Shown: in pieces, positions 57,875 to 64,000 of the stretch
Position numbering within the stretch: the stretch's first letter is position 1
How the letters are laid out: every line of letters begins with the position of its first letter
Assembly: GCA_003344405.1 (NCBI GenBank)
Contig: NOWV01000001.1
Span: forward strand, 868,001-932,000
Reading direction: 5' to 3'
Length of the DNA: 64,000 nucleotides
Source of the DNA: Trichoplax sp. H2
Taxonomy: Eukaryota
Made by a program: the position numbers and the translations under genes
Notes under the pieces: generated by a model
Database searches by the model: none
What the model was told of the DNA's origin: nothing
What the model saw: the letters and a program-made list of their open reading frames with translations, nothing else

Positions 57875-60502
57875 CTACTGAAGCTTGTTTCGTATGCCTG
57901 ATAAAAAGTCACGGGCAGCGTCTGCCTTAGCTTGTTTCCAATTCTTTCCACCAGTCCATAAATAAAATGATGTTACTAAAGTGATTAACCTTATTAAAGT
58001 TGTGACTGACACATAACAATTTAAAAGTATCGACAACAATAGAAGCCCAATGAATATAAGAATTTTTATTTCATTTTGATATCATGGCAGAAAAATAACG
58101 CATTGTACTTTACCCTCATTCAAATATACGAGAATTATAGGCCGTTGTAAGGAAGATTGAGTAGGAAAGGAAGAAAAAATTGTCATGTTAACAAAGGTTT
58201 ATTGGTCAATGTTGGATTTGATTAATATAGATTAAATTTATGGGTTAATTAATTGAAATTCTCAGAATCGGATATTGATATGTTTACACTGCACAGCAGA
58301 ATAATAGCAATGGCGTATATTTTTCATGATTGTTTTTTAAACCAAACGGCTTAGTAATCTTCTACTACCAAAATGATCTTTTCTAGAGCAATAATTTTAC
58401 ATATACAACGTATATCAGACACGCCGCGAGCATATACTGTTATGATACAAATATTTATAGCGTTCTAGCAGATACGAGCATGTTTCCATACCGTGTAAAT
58501 ATGAAAGCTCTACAATACTTTGCATTTGATTAATAAACAAATAGGAAATCTTATGTTACAAATTACATTGATATTGCATAATTTTTGAAAAGCCAAGAAG
58601 GTGGTTCACTTCTATTCATTATTAAAGTTTAGTGATTTCGATAAAATAAATTTTTTATTGCACCGTTATTCTTCAAATTTTAATTACAAAATGGTTATAT
58701 TTACGAATTCCATACAATAATAAGACGAGGACGAATAATCCCCTAAAAGACATTAGTGACTATTATTATTTTGTAAAAGTTCTACTGAGTAAACTAAGTT
58801 ATTGCTAATATCATATGCGTGGGTGTTATTTTCTTGAAAAAACTGAAGCAATTAATTTCCTACTCACAGTCAATAAAAATACAAAAAACTACGTAATACT
58901 CAAAGCCATCGGTCTATCAAGAATGTATTCCAATTGTCAAGGATAAACGTGATTTCTATCATTGGAACACGACAGCCCCTTAATATTATGGTAGCAACGA
59001 ACAAGAAAGTGAATTGAACAATAAGATGTCTGCATTTTTAGCCCTTCCAATTGATCTGCTATTTATAGCGGCGAACGTAATTGTGATTTTAATTACAAAA
59101 TAATCACTAGTTAACTGTATAGAGATTGATAATAATTGAGGATGAATTTTTTTATCCACAATAGGCGCATGGATAGGTTAAAGCAATAATTGCAATTATA
59201 GCTATCGTCCTTAATACGTACACATGTATAATATTGTCAGCCGTACAGTATCAGACAAGTAGAGTAAGAATCAGATATTTAGCTACTGAATGACTCTGAT
59301 ATGGGTTATATGGGATATCTTCCTTTTAAAAGTAAAATTTTGCAGTAATATGCGTATCTGCAGTACAACTGTACAATGAGTGTACGTATATGTAATGCAC
59401 AATGTACTCGTAGAGGTGTCCATTTTACAGTACTGTGCACTAGATGGTTGATTCTCGAGACTATATTTTGCTAAAGAATTCGATACTTGCTGTACTTTTG
59501 CAGGTTGTAACGGAAAATTATGATATTGTGCTCGTACTTATTAGTGATACTATAAAGTAGAGTATTGTGAAATGACAAAATAGACAGCATAAATCGCACA
59601 CGAAGCTAAAATCGACAATATCAAATCTTGGAGGATATCATCGACATCATCACCTATCCATCGACCAAACTCACCTGTCCATTGACAAATTACTAGAAAG
59701 AGACCAAATGATCCTTGATGTAATATTAATGGTTCTCAATAAAACACAACGTCCTCGATGCACTGTCGAACTGATACTTTATTGCTCGAGCCACATGCAT
59801 GCAGACACCGATATCTAGACTGACGTTCTACATACGAACACAGATGTAAATTGAACATTAAGAGTAAGATATCAGTCAGAACTATAGGCAGTTTTAAACC
59901 TGTTATTACCTTACCAAAGATAAACTATGATAATATTACAGTAACATTACGTTGGTCTCGCAATAAGCCAATCAGATCGTGTATAGGTACATCTACACTA
60001 GGTATATTGTACAATAGGCCCCCGCCAATTTATAAAAAGTTTTAAGAATACTTAGCTGAAACTATCGTACTAACGCATCAGAATTATTAGAAGCACCTCC
60101 ATGTAAAATTATGATCACATTCTGGTGATTCTCTCTGCAAATGAAATGGTATGAAACCGTATGAAATCCTATTGCACAAAGCAACCTAGCATCTAATTTG
60201 GACTATCGTACTAACGCATCAGAATTTTTATTAGCATCTCCATGATCACATTCTGGTGATTCTCTCTGCAAATGAAATCGTATGAAACCGTATGAAATCC
60301 TATTGCACAAAGCAACCTAGCATCTAATTTGGACTATCGTACTAACGCATCAGAATTTTTATTAGCACCTCCATGTAAAATTATGATTACATTCTGGTGA
60401 TTCTCTCTGCAAATGAAATGGTATGAAACCGTATGAAATCCTATTACGCAAAAGCAATCTAGCATTTAATTTGGATACATCGGTCGCGGACATCGCGGAC
60501 AT
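57875..60502 (-). CDS. Putative divergent (possibly decayed) SCAMP-like membrane protein gene with many short exons
   Basis: Colinear exon-like pieces: MSAMSATDVSKL...HLQRESPE; VPIHDLIGLLRDQ/HIGVC; QWTGEFGRWIGDDVDDILQDLILSIL; GLFVLVLLLYGI(Q); PIILVYLNE/VTSFYLWTGGKNWKQAKADAARDFLSGIRNKLQ*. These resemble SCAMP DFGLSIL, FFVFFFVYICQ and [24 protein letters not shown]. I could not build one fully phase-consistent model. Confidence 0.35.
60061..60473. repeat. Tandem triplication, ~141/131/141-bp units
   Basis: actatcgtactaacgcatcagaatt...gcaacctagcatctaatttgg starts at 60061, 60202 and 60333. Confidence 0.95.
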
Positions 60503-60539
60503 AGCGGACAGCGTACCGTCGCAGCGTCGATCTTTTTCT

Positions 60540-60712
60540 ACTGAGTGTACAGTACATACAGTACAGTACAGTGTACTGTACACTCAGTGTACTGTACTGT
60601 ACAGTACAGTAGGGAAAACTGGCTACGGTAAAAAGAAAAGAAAAAGCTCCTTGCCTCTGTACAGTACCGTACAGTGTACAGTGTACAGTGTACAGTACAC
60701 TGAGTACAGTAC
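60540..60712. repeat. TACAG/CTGTA cluster between the SCAMP-like (-) and AHI1-like (+) 5' ends
   Basis: Dense gtacagtaca/gtactgtac words. Confidence 0.85.
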
Positions 60713-61542
60713 AACCCACGCGAAATCAACATACCAAGACTAAAAATAAATACTAACCGTTATCGACGCTGTTACACCCAGGTGACAGTCAGTGTGGCAT
60801 ACTGTATCTAGTTACAGCACTTGCACAACTGCATAGTCAAACAACAAGTCGTTTCCTCGTTCATTGAAGCCGAGCAAATTAACCCAACTACAACCTCTGG
60901 CGGTATATTAGTTGTTTGCGAGAGAAAAAAACACTTGTATCTTCTTCAATTATAGATTCAAGAACGATATATTGTACAAGTCTTTAAGATTGAATGGTTG
61001 TAAATCCTAGTATTCGATAGAGGTAGAAGTAATTTTCATTTTTTGAAAGAAAAAATGAAAAAAATTTTACAACATTGAATGGTTATGGTACACTTTTACT
61101 TTCTCATTTCATATTGGTCAACTTATGCTATCATTTTGTTAGTACGTGTTGTGTATAGGTTCTGAACTCTCTAACATAGAAGTACATGTCAAGTCTTTCA
61201 TCAATTTAGCCATAATAAATTAACATTTACTTTATGAAGATATACAATTCGATACTACCTAGTGTTGTATCACTGTATTTTCCCAACACACAACTACAGT
61301 ACTGTAATTTGTTGAAATCATGACAGTACTTGTACAGTCTACAGTACAGTATTGTAGTAGTATTAATGAGGTGGATTGCACTTGATCTGGATAGTTTTTT
61401 AATATTGACGGTGTTTCAGCTTGGATGTGAGCCTTCTAATGTCTAACTGTCTCAATTTTATTCATAGATTCTATGATGACGAAAATATGACCATGTACCG
61501 TAGTAGATACTGTATGCCAACATAAATAAGCTGTCATCAATT

Positions 61543-64000
61543 ATGGATTTAGATCAAGTTAAGAAGAAAAGAGGTGCAAAGAAAAGGCGACCTACCAAGG
61601 TTAGTTTAAAATCCTTTAATCATATTTAAAAATGGCTTCAAGAAAATCCAGTAATAAAACATCTAAATGATCTCATGAAAGAATTTGCAAATACAGTCCT
61701 ATTCTATCTAATGTAAACCAGTAAGAACGAATCTGATTGACCATAGTAAATTAGAAAATCAAGACAATCTACAATATATTTAGCTACTTATTAAACATTG
61801 AAGTAAATCAACTACTCAACATTTTCACCTATGAGTTATTGACTATATTATCATTTTATATACTCTATATTGTATTTGATGAAATTTATTACTACGACTA
61901 TTTGAAAACATACGCCTAACAATAGAATTTGTTTATCGAGAACTACTACCGCTTACACCAATTATAATAACATCATCAGTTTAATTACCCTACTGCATGC
62001 GTATAGACATCGATAGACTGTATCTTAACAGGAATTCAATTATTATACTGTACTTCTTTCTAAAAGGCTATGTGGACATATTATATTTCATATAATGACT
62101 ATACATAAACAGTCTATATTCTCAGCACGATTAATATTGTGCTTGTACACTTAGTTGAACGATAAAATTATACTTTAGACAGCAGGGCAACATACAGTAA
62201 TCAAATACAGTTTTAAAAGCTTCTGCGAACATAGCGACTGCATGTGAAGCTTCATACTCATTCAAAATGCTGCAATGTTATTTATGTTGATCAATATTCC
62301 CTAATGTTATGCATGTGAGAGTATATCATACGTAGCACATTTACGTACTATCCCAGTTGCAAATGTACAATAACAACACACACTTGATTCAGTAGCAAAT
62401 TTGAAGTATTTACACATTGATTTTGTACAAGGAGATTGAAGCTTTTTTTTTATAATTAATCAATCATGCAGGAAGAAAGTAGTCCGCTAGCTGAAAATGA
62501 AGGTAACAGATTCTATTCTTTGATCTAAAATTACAGCCCACACCATAACTTTAACATACTGCATGATAAATCCTTTTCACTATTTTATGCATTATTATTT
62601 AGGCGGTTCTGAAAACCTACGGCAAAAGACTAGAGCGAGATTTGCCCAACTACTTGAATCATCCAAAAACACATCTGATAACCAGTAATTAAAATTTCTA
62701 TTAAATGACATGACTAAAGAATACAGTACACCTATATCAAGCTAATACGATAGCAGTACATGTAAATGCTGTATATTTATCTGAAGATGTCATCCATCTT
62801 AGCTTTGCTGCTACAGTAATGTTATATAATTTATTTATTTACAATCAGATTGAATTCATTAGCGATAAAATAAATTATTAAACGATATGAACTATTAGTC
62901 ATCCATCATCAGAATCGATAGCTTTGATAGAAAAGTAATTACATCAGGTTTCGACATCTCTCTTTTCTAAATTTGTTAGACTTAATGAAAGCCTTAGTAA
63001 GAAAAGGCGATCGCCTCGCGGAGCATCTACACTGGTACGACAAAAATAATTCACTCAAGTTTATCATTATGAAGTACTTGCATTAAATTATTTTATCAAG
63101 AGAAATTACAATTGCTAATACATAAATATTATTAGCTCATTATCTTTAAACCCCTTTCAAATGGTTATCCATTTATTGATATTTCATGTTTATACGCATC
63201 CCGTAGTCCAACGAAGACGATGATGATCGGTTGCAGCCCCACGTGAAAATCCCTACTAAGGATAAATCTCTAAATAAAAATAAAAAGAAGTCCAAATCAA
63301 CTAGTATGTGAATAAATCACAGATACAGAAGCTATGGCTAATTGCAATAGCGAAACTGTTATTATAAATATACCAATGGCTTTATACTCTGAACTATACC
63401 GTAACCTTAACGTTATCAGGGAAAGCAAGAGATAATGACAAGGAATATGAAAATGACGAGAACACTCCAGAGAAAGTTAATTACGCAGATAATGAAGGTT
63501 ACATCCACGACGATAACAATGTATCACAGTCTATTCCGGAAGGGAAACGTACTAAGAAAAAAGCTAAATTTAAACTTAGCAACAATGAAAATCCGTACGT
63601 AGATTTTAGTACTGAGGCATAGTAAAGAATTCATCTCTAAATAATATGCCATGTATTAGTAGTGACTAAATCTATTCCTATTTCGTAGTCTACAAATCGT
63701 TTAGTAGACACCAGTTTTCAGAAAAATAGCTTTATCTTCTTTTCTGATGTCAATTTACAACCAATCTACAAATTTATCACTCTTCAGAGACGCAGATTAC
63801 ATCGACACCCCTAAAAAGCCAGACGATCAAGGGAAAGCTAAGACTGTACGCCCTACAGGCGATATTTGTAATATTGATCACCATCGAACAAATTTATATT
63901 CAAATTTTAATTTATGCTATAACAATCTGCAGATATCGCTCATAATTACGTAATATTAAAAATTGTTTTACGGTAGGCAAAATCCAAGAGTAAGAAAGAT
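61543..64000 (+). CDS. 5' part of a multi-exon gene with a charged low-complexity N-terminus, possibly AHI1/jouberin; runs off the window
   Basis: Phase-consistent exons MDLDQVKKKRGAKKRRPTK / EESSPLAENE / GSENLRQKTRARFAQLLESS / LNESLSKKRR / SNEDDDD / RKARDNDKEY / DADYIDTPKK. KTRARFAQLL resembles human AHI1 KTKVRFEELL. No WD40 or SH3 sequence lies inside the window, so identity is tentative. Confidence 0.6.

Noticed and set aside
58120-59340. Decayed GPCR (LERY, FFLPFLL and AIIAIIAIVLN-like reads)
   Set aside because: The pieces lie on different strands and frames with many stops; the FFLPFLL read is a polypyrimidine tract, and the SCAMP-like interpretation fits better.
60484-60512. GCGGACA x3 as a promoter motif (also at 55881)
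   Set aside because: Explained equally well as a 9-bp repeat encoding SAMSAMSA at the putative minus-strand start; too few instances.

Overview
AT-rich, gene-dense eukaryotic genomic DNA with short GT-AG introns and animal-type genes. The style suggests a compact early-branching metazoan such as the placozoan Trichoplax (inference, not verified). Spliced genes read by hand, in order: RGS22-like (+), TGS1 (-), an unrecognised and probably decayed ORF set (-), TMEM14 (+), PPP1R8/NIPP1 (-), DDX24 (+), PAK1IP1 (-), RTEL1 (+), FAM135 (-), a divergent or decayed SCAMP-like gene (-) not resolved by the ORF track, and the 5' part of an AHI1-like gene (+). The most striking non-genic pattern is dense clusters of TACAG/CTGTA pentamers built around the palindrome TACTGTACAGTA. 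These sit at or near most 5' ends, often between head-to-head genes, and three of them overlap or abut locus-specific tandem arrays (~130, 72 and ~141 bp units). RGS22 lacks such a cluster and instead has a consensus RFX X-box. A DDX24 intron holds a triple-hairpin H/ACA-snoRNA-like structure with a pocket complementary to the 18S rRNA 5' region. Exon boundaries were assigned by eye and are approximate.
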